Shown here: positions 20,527 through 32,619 of the stretch, piece by piece
Position numbering within the stretch: the stretch's first letter is position 1
How the letters are laid out: every line of letters begins with the position of its first letter
Assembly: GCA_000004985.1 (NCBI GenBank)
Contig: GG738916.1
From: Naegleria gruberi
Lineage: Eukaryota
Length of the DNA stretch: 64,000 nt
Reading direction: 5' to 3' (one strand)
The notes under the pieces: generated by a model
Seen by the model: only the letters and a program-made list of their open reading frames with translations
Databases searched by the model: none
Told to the model about the DNA's origin: nothing
Program-made: the position numbers and the translations under genes

Positions 20527-22365
20527 TTAAATAAATTCATCAATTCGTATATCTGTATATGCAATCAAATAGTTGATTTTTGTTGGTTGTCTTAATTGTG
20601 ATATGACTTTTGCTTTAAGGGCTGCAAAACCTCCAATTCCAGTCAGATATTTAGGTGCCAGATTATTGACTATAGGTACTAAAATAGGTGTAATTGTTAA
20701 ATCTACCCAATAAAGTTCTAAATGTATCAAATTTTTCAGAGATGGTCCAGAATGTAACATATCAGTTGCATAAATATCAAATTCATAATAAAAACTCAAG
20801 TATCTTAATTTGGGAAAATTTGAATGAGCTAAACTTGATGTAAACTTTGAGTCATATTTGAACTTGCCTGAAGGAACTCTTGTAAACTTTAAAGTTTGTA
20901 AATTTAGTAAATTTCCGTTGCATAAATATGAAATTCCATCAAATGTAATTTCACTTCCTAAATATAATGTTGTCAAGTTACTCATTCTTGATAAATATTT
21001 CATTTCTTCACTATCAATATGTGTTTGAATAATTCGTAAATCAGTAATTTTTGAAAGTTGGGATATGTGATGCATACATCCACTTTTCATTACTACTTTT
21101 CTTAACTCTAAATAGGTTAGATTTTGGACTTTTTCACAGAATTTTCGTATTACATATTCATCTATTTCAGTTCCTTGTTTTGTATTTAGAATGCATAAAT
21201 ATTTCAAATTAAGAAAGTTACCCTCACTCAATTCAGAGAATGTATTATTGTCAACAGGACCAATTTCTAGGTGAGTGAGATTATTTTGAAGAGGTAATAA
21301 ACATCTGTAAGGTAAATCTACTTCCAATTTTGATTGAAAACAAAGTTTTTGGAGTGTATGAATTTTTCCAATTTGTTTCACACATTCACTATTTAAATGT
21401 GAGTGAAGAAAAGTCAATTCTCTCCATGAATTACCACTATTCAACACATTCATAATTGATTTTGTCGACATCTCCAAATCTATTGAAAAAGATTCAAGAT
21501 TTGGTAAAATTGAACTATTAATTGGTGCTATGTATGAAATATTGTCTTTTTGAGATGATTCTGGAGGTCTTGCAACAAAGTTAATATGTTTCAAAGTTCT
21601 AATATTTCCTGGTTGAGTCAATATTTGATTAACACCTTCATCTCCAATTCGATTACGAAGTGTAAGATGTGTTAGACGAGTCAACTTTGATTTGGTCAAT
21701 ACAAGTGTTGCCTTATAATCAAGTCCATTATCAATTAATGTTAGATCTGTTAAATTTAGTAAATTAGTGCATATAGTTCTTAAATTTTCAACTTCCATTT
21801 GAACACTTATTAATTTCAGTGTTGTAATTGGTGAAATATCTTTAGCAGGAATAACAATTGTAATAATATTAGTATTTTGTAATGTCAATAATTCCAGTTT
21901 TTTTGAATTGAATAACTTTTTAAAAAAAGATCTGTTAAGAAAAATAGTTTCCTCAAATTCTGGAAAAGTTCTTATTTCCATTTGTGAGAATATTTGCAAG
22001 AGGTCACCTTTCATCAATCCACTCATTTCCTCCTCATCATTTAATGATTCAAATCTGTATCTTGCTGATTTATGCTTCACATTTACACACTTGATTTCTC
22101 TAGTATCACTTTCTTTTACAATTCTTCTCCACTCGGAACAAACTCCAGCAAAAGCAATCAAAGTATGCCAATTAAAATAGGGAATAATAACATTGCAAAA
22201 TATATCTTGACTCAATTGTAATATTTTGGAATAAATCATCATGTTAATACTATTATCTGTTGTTGTTGTGCTATTACTATCGGTTGTTGTGTTATTATTG
22301 ATGGATTGATAGTGGGTACTTTCTCTAGAAAAACAACAGAATGATGGACAACAAGTTGTCAACAT
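20527..22365 (-). CDS. F-box-like/LRR protein, copy A of the triplicated gene. The ORF as listed includes an N-terminal extension; the probable physiological start is MMIYSKILQ at about 22245.
   Basis: It is near-identical to 2711..4459 and 51448..53166. The upstream element that is conserved in all copies (catgttgacaacttgttgtccatcattctg) is in frame here. Confidence 0.65.
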   Translation of the reverse strand: MLTTCCPSFCCFSRESTHYQSINNNTTTDSNSTTTTDNSINMMIYSKILQLSQDIFCNVIIPYFNWHTLIAFAGVCSEWRRIVKESDTREIKCVNVKHKSARYRFESLNDEEEMSGLMKGDLLQIFSQMEIRTFPEFEETIFLNRSFFKKLFNSKKLELLTLQNTNIITIVIPAKDISPITTLKLISVQMEVENLRTICTNLLNLTDLTLIDNGLDYKATLVLTKSKLTRLTHLTLRNRIGDEGVNQILTQPGNIRTLKHINFVARPPESSQKDNISYIAPINSSILPNLESFSIDLEMSTKSIMNVLNSGNSWRELTFLHSHLNSECVKQIGKIHTLQKLCFQSKLEVDLPYRCLLPLQNNLTHLEIGPVDNNTFSELSEGNFLNLKYLCILNTKQGTEIDEYVIRKFCEKVQNLTYLELRKVVMKSGCMHHISQLSKITDLRIIQTHIDSEEMKYLSRMSNLTTLYLGSEITFDGISYLCNGNLLNLQTLKFTRVPSGKFKYDSKFTSSLAHSNFPKLRYLSFYYEFDIYATDMLHSGPSLKNLIHLELYWVDLTITPILVPIVNNLAPKYLTGIGGFAALKAKVISQLRQPTKINYLIAYTDIRIDEFI

Positions 22366-22507
22366 GCTCTCTTATTTTTTTTTGAACCTTAACTCCATTT
22401 TCCCCATTTTTCTTTTGATTCGGCAAAATACACAAAAACGTACAAAAATGTAAAAAATATTACAACGATGACTTTTGAAAGAGTTTACCAAAACCGACTG
22501 TTAAAAA
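22366..22507. promoter_or_regulatory. Shared divergent (bidirectional) intergenic promoter region between F-box/LRR copy A and NHL-EGF copy 1. It is duplicated almost exactly at 51228..51447.
   Basis: A 142-bp AT-rich spacer lies between two divergently oriented ATGs. The same sequence separates the copy C pair. Confidence 0.4.
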
Positions 22508-23791
22508 ATGAAGAGAGCTCGAGATGAAATGAGAAGCGCAAACAACATTGTCCTGTTATTATTCTTGTTGATGATGATGACAATCTTTTCCACAACAACA
22601 ACAGCAGCAACTACAAGTTCCACCACTAAATTATCATATATTTCAACAATTGCAGGAAGTGGATTAATATCAGCAGCAGGTATGGAAGGAGATGGTGGTT
22701 TGGCTATCAATGCCCAATTAAATTCTCCCTCCTATTCAATAAGTATTTCCCCTCTCAGCAATAATAATTACACTGAAACACTTATTGTCGATACACAAAA
22801 TGGAAGAATTAGAAAAATATTTATGAATGGTACAATTTTCACATTACCAATTAATATGCAAACAGGTAACAAGTTTAAACCAACCATGGCTGTTTTATTT
22901 AGAAATGAATTATACATGACAGATGTGTTAAATCATAGAATTCTTTCTGTTTGCCTTTCACGTTATTTGGTGACCATTGTTTCTGGAAAGCAAAACTGTA
23001 ATGAACATTCTGATTGTGATGGTTTTAGTGGTGATGGTGGTTTAGCTAGTAGAGCAAAATTAAATTCACCTAATGGTCTCTCTATTTCTCAGAATGGTGA
23101 AATTTACATTGCTGACACATTGAACCATAGAATCAGAAAGATTAATAGTTATGGAGTGATTTCAACTATTGCTGGAACTGGTAGAGCATCCTTTGGTGGT
23201 GATGGTGGATTTGCTGTTCTTTCACAATTAAACTCTCCAAATGGTGTTCATATTTCACAGAATGGTGAAATTTACATTGCTGATACATTGAACCATAGAA
23301 TTAGAAAGATTAATAGTTATGGTGTGATTTCAACAGTGGCAGGAACTGGTAGAGCATCATTTGGTGGTGATGGTGGTTTGGCTATAAACTCTCAATTGAA
23401 TTCACCATATGGCGTCCATGTTTCACAGAATGGTGAAATTTACATTGCTGACACATTGAATCATCGAATTAGAAAGATATTTGTGAATGGAACTATTACA
23501 ACCATTGCTGGAAGTAGTAGCGATGGATCATTTGGTGGTGATGGTGGTTTGTCAATTGCGAGTCGACTTAATTCTCCTAAAGGTGTTTTTGTTTCTCCAA
23601 ATAATAATGAAATATTAATTGCAGACACATCAAATAACAGGATTAGAAAGATCATTGAATGTGGTACAACTCTTCAATTTACACAAGATTTCAATGGAGC
23701 TATGAGTTGTGTGAATACATGCAATGGAACACGATCCAATTCAAAATCAGTTTGTAATGGCAATGGTATCTGTAATGGTTTTAATGAATGT
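22508..23791 (+). CDS. NHL-repeat/EGF-repeat giant surface protein, copy 1 (5' part only). The signal peptide, about six NHL repeats and the first two EGF repeats are present; the rest is lost in the assembly gap at 23792..23841.
   Basis: MKRARDEMRSANNIVLLLFLLMMMTIF is the signal peptide. NHL units are repeated (LNSPNGLSISQNGEIYIADTLNHRIRKI...). The first about 1.2 kb is more than 95% identical to copies 2 and 3. Confidence 0.7.
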
Positions 23792-23841
23792 NNNNNNNNN
23801 NNNNNNNNNNNNNNNNNNNNNNNNNNNNNNNNNNNNNNNNN
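23792..23841. other. Assembly gap (50 N).
   Basis: A run of n characters. Confidence 0.99.
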
Positions 23842-24157
23842 CACCGAATAGTCACTGAATGTTTACCATATAATAACCGAATGGTTACTGAATATTTATT
23901 GAATAGTTACCCACCAATTTCATTCCTTTACCCAACAATCAACCGACTACCAACCAACTAACACTGAACTAAAACGGTCAGGCGATTATGGGCTGATATT
24001 CGATTAATTTCTGGAAAATCGTTCAGTTATTTTCGGAAACAAGTTGGGGGAAATTAGGGTTGTAGTCGGTGGTAGTAGGGTTGTGGATGGGGTTTAGACG
24101 GAACATAGCCAACTAAAAACCAACTATAACACTGTCTATTACCCAAGTACTCCACTC
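23842..24157. repeat. Anomalous GC-richer, non-coding island with short direct repeats (gaatRgtYactgaat, three copies) and an imperfect inverted repeat (caaccgactaccaacc and ggttgtagtcggtggtag). It lies immediately after an assembly gap and may be a transposable element or MITE fragment, or a mis-join.
   Basis: Composition and word content differ sharply from the flanking AT-rich DNA. The motif family gactacc/ggtagtc recurs next to another gap at 31681..31900. Confidence 0.3.
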
Positions 24158-24179
24158 TTAGGAGAGAGCTCGAGATGAA

Positions 24180-27100
24180 ATGAGAAGCGCAAACAACATT
24201 GTCCTGTTATTATTCTTGTTGTTGATGATGACACTCTTTTCCACAACAACAACAATAGGATACTTTTCGTATGTGAAAGCAACAACTGCAAGTTCCACCA
24301 CTAAATTATCATATATTTCAACAATTGCAGGAAGTGGATTAATGGCAGCATCAGGTATGGAAGGAGATGGTGGTTTGGCTATCAATGCCCAATTAAATGC
24401 TCCCTCCTATTCAATAAGTATTTCCCCTCTCAACAATAATAATTACACTGAAACACTTATTATAGATACACAAAATGGAAGAATTAGAAAAATATTTATG
24501 AATGGTACAATTTTCACATTACCAATTAATATGCAAACAGGTAACAAGTTTAAACCAACCGTGGCTGTTTTATTTAGAAATGAATTATACATGACAGATG
24601 TGTTAAATCATAGAATTCTTTCTGTTTCTCTGTCAAGTTATTTGGTGACCATTGTTTCTGGAAAGCAAAACTGTAATGGACATTCTGATTGTGATGGTTT
24701 TAGTGGTGATGGTGGTTTAGCTAGTAGAGCAAAATTAAATTCACCAAATGGTCTCTCTATTTCTCAGAATGGTGAAATTTACATTGCTGACACATTGAAC
24801 CATAGAATCAGAAAGATTAATAGTTATGGAGTGATTTCAACTATTGCTGGAACTGGTAGAGCATCCTTTGGTGGTGATGGTGGATTTGCTGTTCTTTCAC
24901 AATTAAACTCTCCAAATGGTGTTCATATTTCACAGAATGGTGAAATTTACATTGCTGATACATTGAACCATAGAATTAGAAAGATTAATAGTTATGGTGT
25001 GATTTCAACAGTGGCAGGAACTGGTAGAGCATCCTTTGGTGGTGATGGTGGTTTGGCTATAAACTCTCAATTGAATTCACCATATGGCGTCCATGTTTCA
25101 CAGAATGGTGAAATTTACATTGCTGACACATTGAATCATCGAATTAGAAAGATATTTGTGAATGGAACTATTACAACCATTGCTGGAAGTAGTAGCGATG
25201 GATCATTTGGTGGTGATGGTGGTTTGTCAATTGCGAGTCGACTTAATTCTCCTAAAGGTGTTTTTGTTTCTCCAAATAATAATGAAATATTAATTGCAGA
25301 CACATCAAATAACAGGATTAGAAAGATCATTGAATGTGGTACAACTCTTCAATTACACAAGATNNNNNNNNNNNNNNNNNNNNNNNNNNNNNNNNNNNNN
25401 NNNNNNNNNNNNNNNNNNNNNNNNNNNNNNNNNNNNNNNNNNNNNNNNNNNNNNNNNNNNNNNNNNNNNNNNNNNNNNNNNNNNNNNNNNNNNNNNNNNN
25501 NNNNNNNNNNNNNNNNNNNNNNNNNNNNNNNNNNNNNNNNNNNNNNNNNNNNNNNNNNNNNNNNNNNNNNNNNNNNNNNNNNNNNNNNNNNNNNNNNNNN
25601 NNNNNNNNNNNNNNNNNNNNNNNNNNNNNNNNNNNNNNNNNNNNNNNNNNNNNNNNNNNNNNNNNNNNNNNNNNNNNNNNNNNNNNNNNNNNNNNNNNNN
25701 NNNNNNNNNNNNNNNNNNNNNNNNNNNNNNNNNNNNNNNNNNNNNNNNNNNNNNNNNNNNNNNNNNNNNNNNNNNNNNNNNNNNNNNNNNNNNNNNNNNN
25801 NNNNNNNNNNNNNNNNNNNNNNNNNNNNNNNNNNNNNNNNNNNNNNNNNNNNNNNNNNNNNNNNNNNNNNNNNNNNNNNNNNNNNNNNNNNNNNNNNNNN
25901 NNNNNNNNNNNNNNNNNNNNNNNNNNNNNNNNNNNNNNNNNNNNNNNNNNNNNNNNNNNNNNNNNNNNNNNNNNNNNNNNNNNNNNNNNNNNNNNNNNNN
26001 NNNNNNNNNNNNNNNNNNNNNNNNNNNNNNNNNNNNNNNNNNNNNNNNNNNNNNNNNNNNNNNNNNNNNNNNNNNNNNNNNNNNNNNNNNNNNNNNNNNN
26101 NNNNNNNNNNNNNNNNNNNNNNNNNNNNNNNNNNNNNNNNNNNNNNNNNNNNNNNNNNNNNNNNNNNNNNNNNNNNNNNNNNNNNNNNNNNNNNNNNNNN
26201 NNNNNNNNNNNNNNNNNNNNNNNNNNNNNNNNNNNNNNNNNNNNNNNNNNNNNNNNNNNNNNNNNNNNNNNNNNNNNNNNNNNNNNNNNNNNNNNNNNNN
26301 NNNNNNNNNNNNNNNNNNNNNNNNNNNNNNNNNNNNNNNNNNNNNNNNNNNNNNNNNNNNNNNNNNNNNNNNNNNNNNNGCCAATTCTGTGAAATTCCAA
26401 TTTGTAATGGAACAATGGCAACTGATGCTTTGGTTTGTAATGGCAATGGTACATGTATTCAACCAGATATATGTAATTGTACTTCAGAATGGGGTGGACA
26501 GTATTGTGAAATTCCATATTGTAATGGAATATTGGCAAATAATATATCTGCTTGTGAAGGACATGGTAACTGTATTAGCCCAAATATTTGTGAGTGTAAT
26601 TCGACATATGGTGGAGAATTTTGTGAATCTCCAAAATGTAACTTTACACTGGCAACTGATCCTTATGTATGTACTGGAAATGGAGAATGTATTCAACCAG
26701 ATGAATGTATTTGTAATACCAATTGGACTGGTCAATTCTGTCAAACTCCACTTTGTAATGGTACGAGTGCAACTGATGCATTGGTTTGTAATGGAAACGG
26801 TCAATGTGTGAGTCCAAATATTTGTGAATGTAATTCAAGTTGGTCAGGAGAACTTTGTGAAATTCCAATTTGTAATGGAACTTTGGCCATTGATGAATTT
26901 GTGTGTAGTGGTAATGGTGCATGTATTGGTCCAGATGTTTGTGAGTGCAATTCTACATGGGGTGGACAATATTGTGAATCTCCAAAATGTAACTCTACAC
27001 TGGCAACTGATCCTTATGTATGCAATGGTAATGGAGAATGTTTTCAACCCAATGAATGTATTTGTAATTCAAATTGGACAGGTCCATTTTGTGAAATTCC

Positions 27101-29044
27101 AATATGTAATGGTATTAAGGCTACCAATGATAGTAATTCAACTTTAACCACCAATGAAACAGTGGTGTGTAGTGGAAATGGTCTTTGCATTCGTCCAGAC
27201 GAATGTTTATGTAATTCAAATTGGGCAGGTCAATATTGTGAAATTCCAATATGTGGAGATGTTTTGGCAACCAATGAAACAGCATGTAATGGCAATGGTA
27301 AATGTGTTCAACCAAATGAATGCATTTGCGACTCAAATTGGACAGGTCAATTATGTGAAACTCCAATATGTAGTGGTATAATTTCCACTAATATATCTGT
27401 TTGTAGTAGAAAGGGTGATTGTGTTGGTGCCAATCTTTGTATCTGTTTAACTGGTTGGGGAGGTGAAGATTGTTCCACACCAATTTGTAATAATATTCTA
27501 TCTACCAATGCTACTACCAATACTGATAGTAATGGAACTATAGTTAGCAATAATACATTGGTGTGTAGTGGACATGGTGAATGTACTAGTCCAAATCAAT
27601 GCAATTGTAATTTAAATTGGGGTGGTAAACAATGTGAAATACCTAAATGTCAAGGTATTTTGGCTAATAATGAGGCAGTTTGCAACTCTAGAGGATATTG
27701 TGTCAATGAAAATCAATGTCAATGTAATGAAATGTGGGGAGGTCAATTTTGTGAAATTCCATTTTGTAATGGAACTTTAGCCACTGATTCAAATGTGTGT
27801 AATTCATTGGGAGTATGTGTTGGTCCAAATCAATGTAAATGTCTCTCAGGTTGGGGTGGTAAACTATGTACAATACCATCATGTAATGGAATTCTTGCAT
27901 TTGATGAGAATGAAGTGTGTATCGCAAAGAGTAATGCATGTAGTGGAAATGGAAAGTGTATTGATCTTAATCGATGCAAATGTGACAAAGGTTGGACTGG
28001 ACCATTATGTTCAACACCAACATGTAATGGAACATCGGCCACTGAACTAACTGTTTGTAATGGTTTTGGAGTGTGTGTTGCACCAGATACGTGTAATTGT
28101 TATAGANNNNNNNNNNNNNNNNNNNNNNNNNNNNNNNNNNNNNNNNNNNNNNNNNNGCAACACCAACATGTAATGGAATTGTTGCCACAGATCCAAACGT
28201 GTGCAATTCAAGTGGTGTTTGTGTCGATTNTGATAAGTGTGAATGTTTTTCTGGTTATGGAGATGCATTCTGTGGCACTCCAACTTGTAATGGAATTCTA
28301 GCAACTCAAATTAATGTAGAAGTAGCTGTTTGTAGTGGTCGTGGAGTGTGTTTGGGACCAAATAAGTGTGTCTGTGAACCGAATTGGGGTGGTTTCATGT
28401 GTAATATTCCAAAATGCTACGATATTGAAGGAGACAAGAAAGGTGCTTGCTTTGGAAATGGTGATTGTATAGCAGTTGACTCATGTAAATGTTATCAAGG
28501 TTATATTGGTTATGATTGTCGTACTGTTGCTCCTGATAATAATTGTGGTGGATCAGGTTCAGGAACTACTTTTTGGGATGTTGTCTTGGAGGGTATGAAG
28601 ATAATTCGTACAGTGTTATCCGGTGCAGTGTCACTAGCTAGTTCAATTAGTGATGTTATTTCATCCTTAGGAAAAGGTTTGATTGACCTTCTTGGAGGAA
28701 TTGTTCCAAGCATTGCAAATATTTTCAGCTCCATTCCAAAATTAATAGAGAAAATTATTTCCTTTATTATCAGTACGGCAGAGAAGTTTATTAACTTTAT
28801 TCTCGGTTTATGGACAAAGATATTAGATTTTATATCATGGTTATTGACCTATCTTCCAAAAATATTTTCTGGAGTTACAACTCAACAAGTGGCAACAGTT
28901 TTGATTGTCATTGGTGTTGTCATACTTTTAATCATTATTTGTGTATTGTTGTATTTACTTAGTCCATATGTTACATTGGTACTTGAATTTTTCAAAATTA
29001 TTACCAGTTTTTGCTCAGCTCGTAAGAAGGCACTTAAGGAGTAG
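24180..29044 (+). CDS. NHL-repeat/EGF-repeat giant surface protein, copy 2, lying in tandem with copy 1. It is interrupted by assembly gaps (25364..26379 and 28107..28156, plus a single n at 28230), so the reading frame appears broken. The C-terminal Gly-rich hydrophobic domain and TM anchor lie at 28540..29044.
   Basis: The N-terminus starts at the second Met of the copy 1 sequence (MRSANNIV...). The EGF region 26380..28275 is near-identical to copy 3 in inverse orientation; the same alternate-frame ORFs appear on both. The tail after about 28275 diverges. Confidence 0.7.
25364..26379. other. Assembly gap (1016 N) inside NHL-EGF copy 2.
   Basis: A run of n characters. Confidence 0.99.
28107..28156. 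other. Assembly gap (50 N) inside NHL-EGF copy 2. There is an additional single n at 28230.
   Basis: A run of n characters. Confidence 0.99.
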
Positions 29045-29171
29045 TACAATTATAAACCATTTAGTTGTTGTTTCCAATAATCTCAAAAATATTAGATTTT
29101 TTCCCTTGGTCAACCAAAGTTTTCTTGATTAGTTTCAAAAGAAAAGAGACAATAATAAACAAATTCTCAAT

Positions 29172-31185
29172 TTATTTAGGTACCAACTTTTTCTTTTCAA
29201 TAGAATCGCCAGAACAACAACATCTTGCAACACAACAGCAACAAATTGTCAATGAAATGGTAATCAATACAAATAAAACTGATACACCAACAACAACAGC
29301 AATAACTCTGTTTGTGTTAAGTGAAGAAGTATCAAGGAAATCTATAAAGATGAAAGAATCCAAAAAGTCAACAATAACTTGCTTCACTTTGTAGTAAACA
29401 TATAAAAGTTCACCCCAGAAACTACTTGCTGGTGCTTTGTTATCAACTAATGTACCATTGGATGCAATGTAAAAATCATACTCAACTACGAGTGAGGAAG
29501 TATAGGTACCACAAGTGAGAGTCATCATTGCATAGCCTGTGAAATTTTTGGTTGGATAAATTGTAATTGAGTTTGTATCAGAATTTGACAAGGATACATA
29601 AGTTGGTGTAAATGAAGGTGTAGATGATTCAAAGAAACAACCTTGTTGAGTTTTAGATTTAACTACACAAGATGTTGATAAACAACTGACAAGAGTTGGT
29701 TGTGAATTGTCAGTTGTCAATATTGTCATGTTACCAACAATTTTCAATGAAACTGATGCTAATGAAACACCTTTAAATGAAATTGAAGAAAGAACTGTTG
29801 GATCAGTTGGTTCAACAGTAACTGGAATAAAAGATGCTCCATTACGTGTTTCACCTTTGAAAGAAACACGTTTAAGCATATTATCAGGCCAAGTATATGC
29901 TAATATTTGTGTATCTGCATCTCCTTTGATTAATTGTGGGTTAGAATCACCACCATCAGTATATCTCTCTATATAGATACAATTTGGTTCCTTGAAAAAA
30001 AGTTTGGTAGAAATGACTGGATTGGAGTTGATTGAATTTTCTTTGAAATTATAAATTTTAAAATTTCCAGTTATAGAACCACAAGTAGTTGATAAAGTAA
30101 GACTATTTGAAGTTTCAGTGGATTTCCAGCAAGAATTCCTTCAATATTGCTACCAATAATAATAGGTTCAGTTGAATCTATACCTAAATAACCAAATCCT
30201 AGAATATTTTCAGGCCTACTAATGGCATGTGAAATACATCCTTTGAAGCAATGATGGATGCTTGTAAATTCAAATCTGAATATTCGGCAAATTTGGCCAA
30301 GAAAGAAGCTCTACTTGCAGCATGGGCCTCTAAAATACGTCTAGTAATAGAGGCATTATCAAAAGAAGCTACAGTATAAGCAGGGGAACTTTCACAACCA
30401 GTTGAAAAGTGTACCATTGATTGAATTTCTGAGAGTTCAGGAAGTGTAACATCAAAATTACAACTACCTCTTGGTGATTGACAATTATATTTGATTTCAC
30501 TGTTTTTAATATTGCTGACCTTAATCCAACCAATCTTTGAAATATCAGAAACGTTAAAACCATTTACTACTGAAGAAGGTAGTAAGTAAAAATCTGATTT
30601 AGATGTTAAATCAATAACTGAATAATCTGCAACAAATGGAAGGGTAGTTGAATTTAAATCCATAATGAAATTTAAACCAGTGTAACCAATTGGAATTGAT
30701 GCTTGATTATTTACAACTGAAACTTGAGAAGAACTTCCTTGATATTTAACAGTAATAAAACCGCTATAGGTAGGAGGATCCAATTTACAAACTTTGAAAC
30801 GTCTAAAAGCTTCAAATGCCAAATTATAACAAGAAGTACTATAACCTGGGTCAGTGTTTGGAATACTAAAAGAAACGGTGTTCAAATAGTTATTACCTGT
30901 AAAATCAGGTGGAGAACAAACATTGCTTTTTGAGCAAGCAGAAGTATATCTTGGAATTGGATCATCTGTATAATAACAACTAGAAGATGATAATTTAACA
31001 ATAAAATCCATTCCAAGTGTAATATCAACAATGGAATTGTCATCTGTAATCTTGAAACAAACTTTGTCATTCAATGTTCGGGTATAACCAGTATCAACAG
31101 AATAAATACAACTGGTTGAATTATTGGCACCAAGGCATGACTTTTGTTGACCTTTAGAAAGTGCTATTGGAAGACACTGTTCATA
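29172..31185 (-). CDS. Large type I membrane protein, paralogue of 32620..34749. Its 5' end lies in the gap at 31186..31680 and there is an apparent 1-nt frame break near 30150. The C-terminal TM is followed by a CCCCVARCCCSGDS poly-Cys tail.
   Basis: The pieces 30199..31074 and 29172..29879 align colinearly with the N- and C-terminal halves of the 709-aa paralogue (CYNLAFEAFRRFKVCKL..., ...FIPVTVEP...TCGTYTSSL...). The intervening 29880..30198 also aligns, but in a shifted frame. Confidence 0.5.
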
Positions 31186-31680
31186 NNNNNNNNNNNNNNN
31201 NNNNNNNNNNNNNNNNNNNNNNNNNNNNNNNNNNNNNNNNNNNNNNNNNNNNNNNNNNNNNNNNNNNNNNNNNNNNNNNNNNNNNNNNNNNNNNNNNNNN
31301 NNNNNNNNNNNNNNNNNNNNNNNNNNNNNNNNNNNNNNNNNNNNNNNNNNNNNNNNNNNNNNNNNNNNNNNNNNNNNNNNNNNNNNNNNNNNNNNNNNNN
31401 NNNNNNNNNNNNNNNNNNNNNNNNNNNNNNNNNNNNNNNNNNNNNNNNNNNNNNNNNNNNNNNNNNNNNNNNNNNNNNNNNNNNNNNNNNNNNNNNNNNN
31501 NNNNNNNNNNNNNNNNNNNNNNNNNNNNNNNNNNNNNNNNNNNNNNNNNNNNNNNNNNNNNNNNNNNNNNNNNNNNNNNNNNNNNNNNNNNNNNNNNNNN
31601 NNNNNNNNNNNNNNNNNNNNNNNNNNNNNNNNNNNNNNNNNNNNNNNNNNNNNNNNNNNNNNNNNNNNNNNNNNNNNNNN
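31186..31680. other. Assembly gap (495 N) covering the 5' end of the type I membrane protein paralogue.
   Basis: A run of n characters. Confidence 0.99.
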
Positions 31681-31900
31681 TATTTATTTAGTAAAAATTG
31701 TGTAATCGGCAATTTAAATGTGCGAATGACTTTTGTGGCTCAATGGCTTGGTTGACTACCTACCTACGCTTTGGTGTGGCCACAACATGAACCACCTGGA
31801 TTGTTGACTGGGATCCACACTCTTTTCACAACAATTTACTCCCACAACGTGTATCAGAGAAACTAAACTAAAGGTACGAAACTAAACGAAACCAACCTAA
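31681..31900. repeat. GC-richer non-coding island directly after an assembly gap (ggcttggttgactacctacctacgctttggtgtggccacaacatgaaccacctgg...). Possibly a fragment of the same repeat family as 23842..24157.
   Basis: It shows a local composition shift and shares the gactacc / ggttg word family with the other island. Confidence 0.25.
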
Positions 31901-32009
31901 TCATCAAAGTTAACAAGAACATACAATTAGAATAACAAAATCACAATTGTACCATTCCTTTTCAACCAATTATTGATTGTGTTTTTCACAAATTCTTAAA
32001 TTGATAAAA

Positions 32010-32468
32010 ATGAGCAAAATCCAAGAGACATTTTGTCCTGCCATTGAACAGTTGGATCTTACATTGAAAAAGTACAATTTTATTTCTCTATCTAAAGTGA
32101 TTTATTTATACACATGGGTATCTTCAATTACATCAACAACAATTGCTGCCACTTGTCTAATTTTTATGTTTTGTATAATGATTAGTTCCATTCCCGATAT
32201 TTTCAAAACTAATGGAAAGCTTGGTAATTTTTTAGAGAAACGAAAGACAACCTCTACCATGTGGAGGATATTGACACAATACTCAATTCTATTACTTTAT
32301 AGCTTTTGGACAGTTTTTACAAGAACATTTTCATGTGTATTTTATATCGTTTCATCCATTCCTTTATTAATTCCATTATTAATGTACATGATAACTCTGT
32401 CAACTTATCGATTTTTATTACAGGAACTCACAGTAGTGGTTTTACAAATATGTAAAGGAGATTTCTAA
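32010..32468 (+). CDS. Small hypothetical multi-pass membrane protein (three or four predicted TM segments). The start is probably MSKIQETF.
   Basis: It is an uninterrupted ORF with hydrophobic segments (VSSITSTTIAATCLIFMFCIMISSI; LLLYSFWTVFTRTFSCVFYIVSSIPLLIPLLMYMITL). It has no similarity to other genes in the window. Confidence 0.3.
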   Translation: MSKIQETFCPAIEQLDLTLKKYNFISLSKVIYLYTWVSSITSTTIAATCLIFMFCIMISSIPDIFKTNGKLGNFLEKRKTTSTMWRILTQYSILLLYSFWTVFTRTFSCVFYIVSSIPLLIPLLMYMITLSTYRFLLQELTVVVLQICKGDF

Positions 32469-32619
32469 TAAATTATTGGATATCTATTCATTGAAATATT
32501 GTCATGATTCAATAATTTGGGTAGCAATCATTAAACACCACAAGAGATTCTAACAGAATTTTAACTAATCTGTACGAAATCTTGAATGATCAAATCAAAT
32601 GAAACTAATCTTTAAATGT

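Larger units (their letters stand above)
20527..28275. repeat. Left arm of a large inverted segmental duplication. It comprises F-box/LRR copy A, the divergent promoter, NHL-EGF copy 1 and, in tandem, NHL-EGF copy 2 up to the point where identity with copy 3 decays.
   Basis: 20527..23791 corresponds to 53166..49900 and 26380..28275 corresponds to 47250..45345, in reverse-complement orientation and at near-identity. Identical alternate-frame ORFs occur in both (for example 26824..27147 and 46595..46918). Confidence 0.75.

Noticed and set aside
25294-26811. Long ORFs translated through runs of X (25294..26811, 25327..26538, 25334..26392, 25349..26446, 25353..26462, 31144..31755, 31161..31691, 31164..31712)
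   Set aside because: They exist only because the ORF caller reads through poly-N assembly gaps. They carry no sequence information.
23792-31680. The N-runs, considered as possible CRISPR-like or engineered spacers
   Set aside because: They are scaffold gaps. This is eukaryotic nuclear DNA with spliceosomal introns, and no CRISPR repeat structure is present anywhere.
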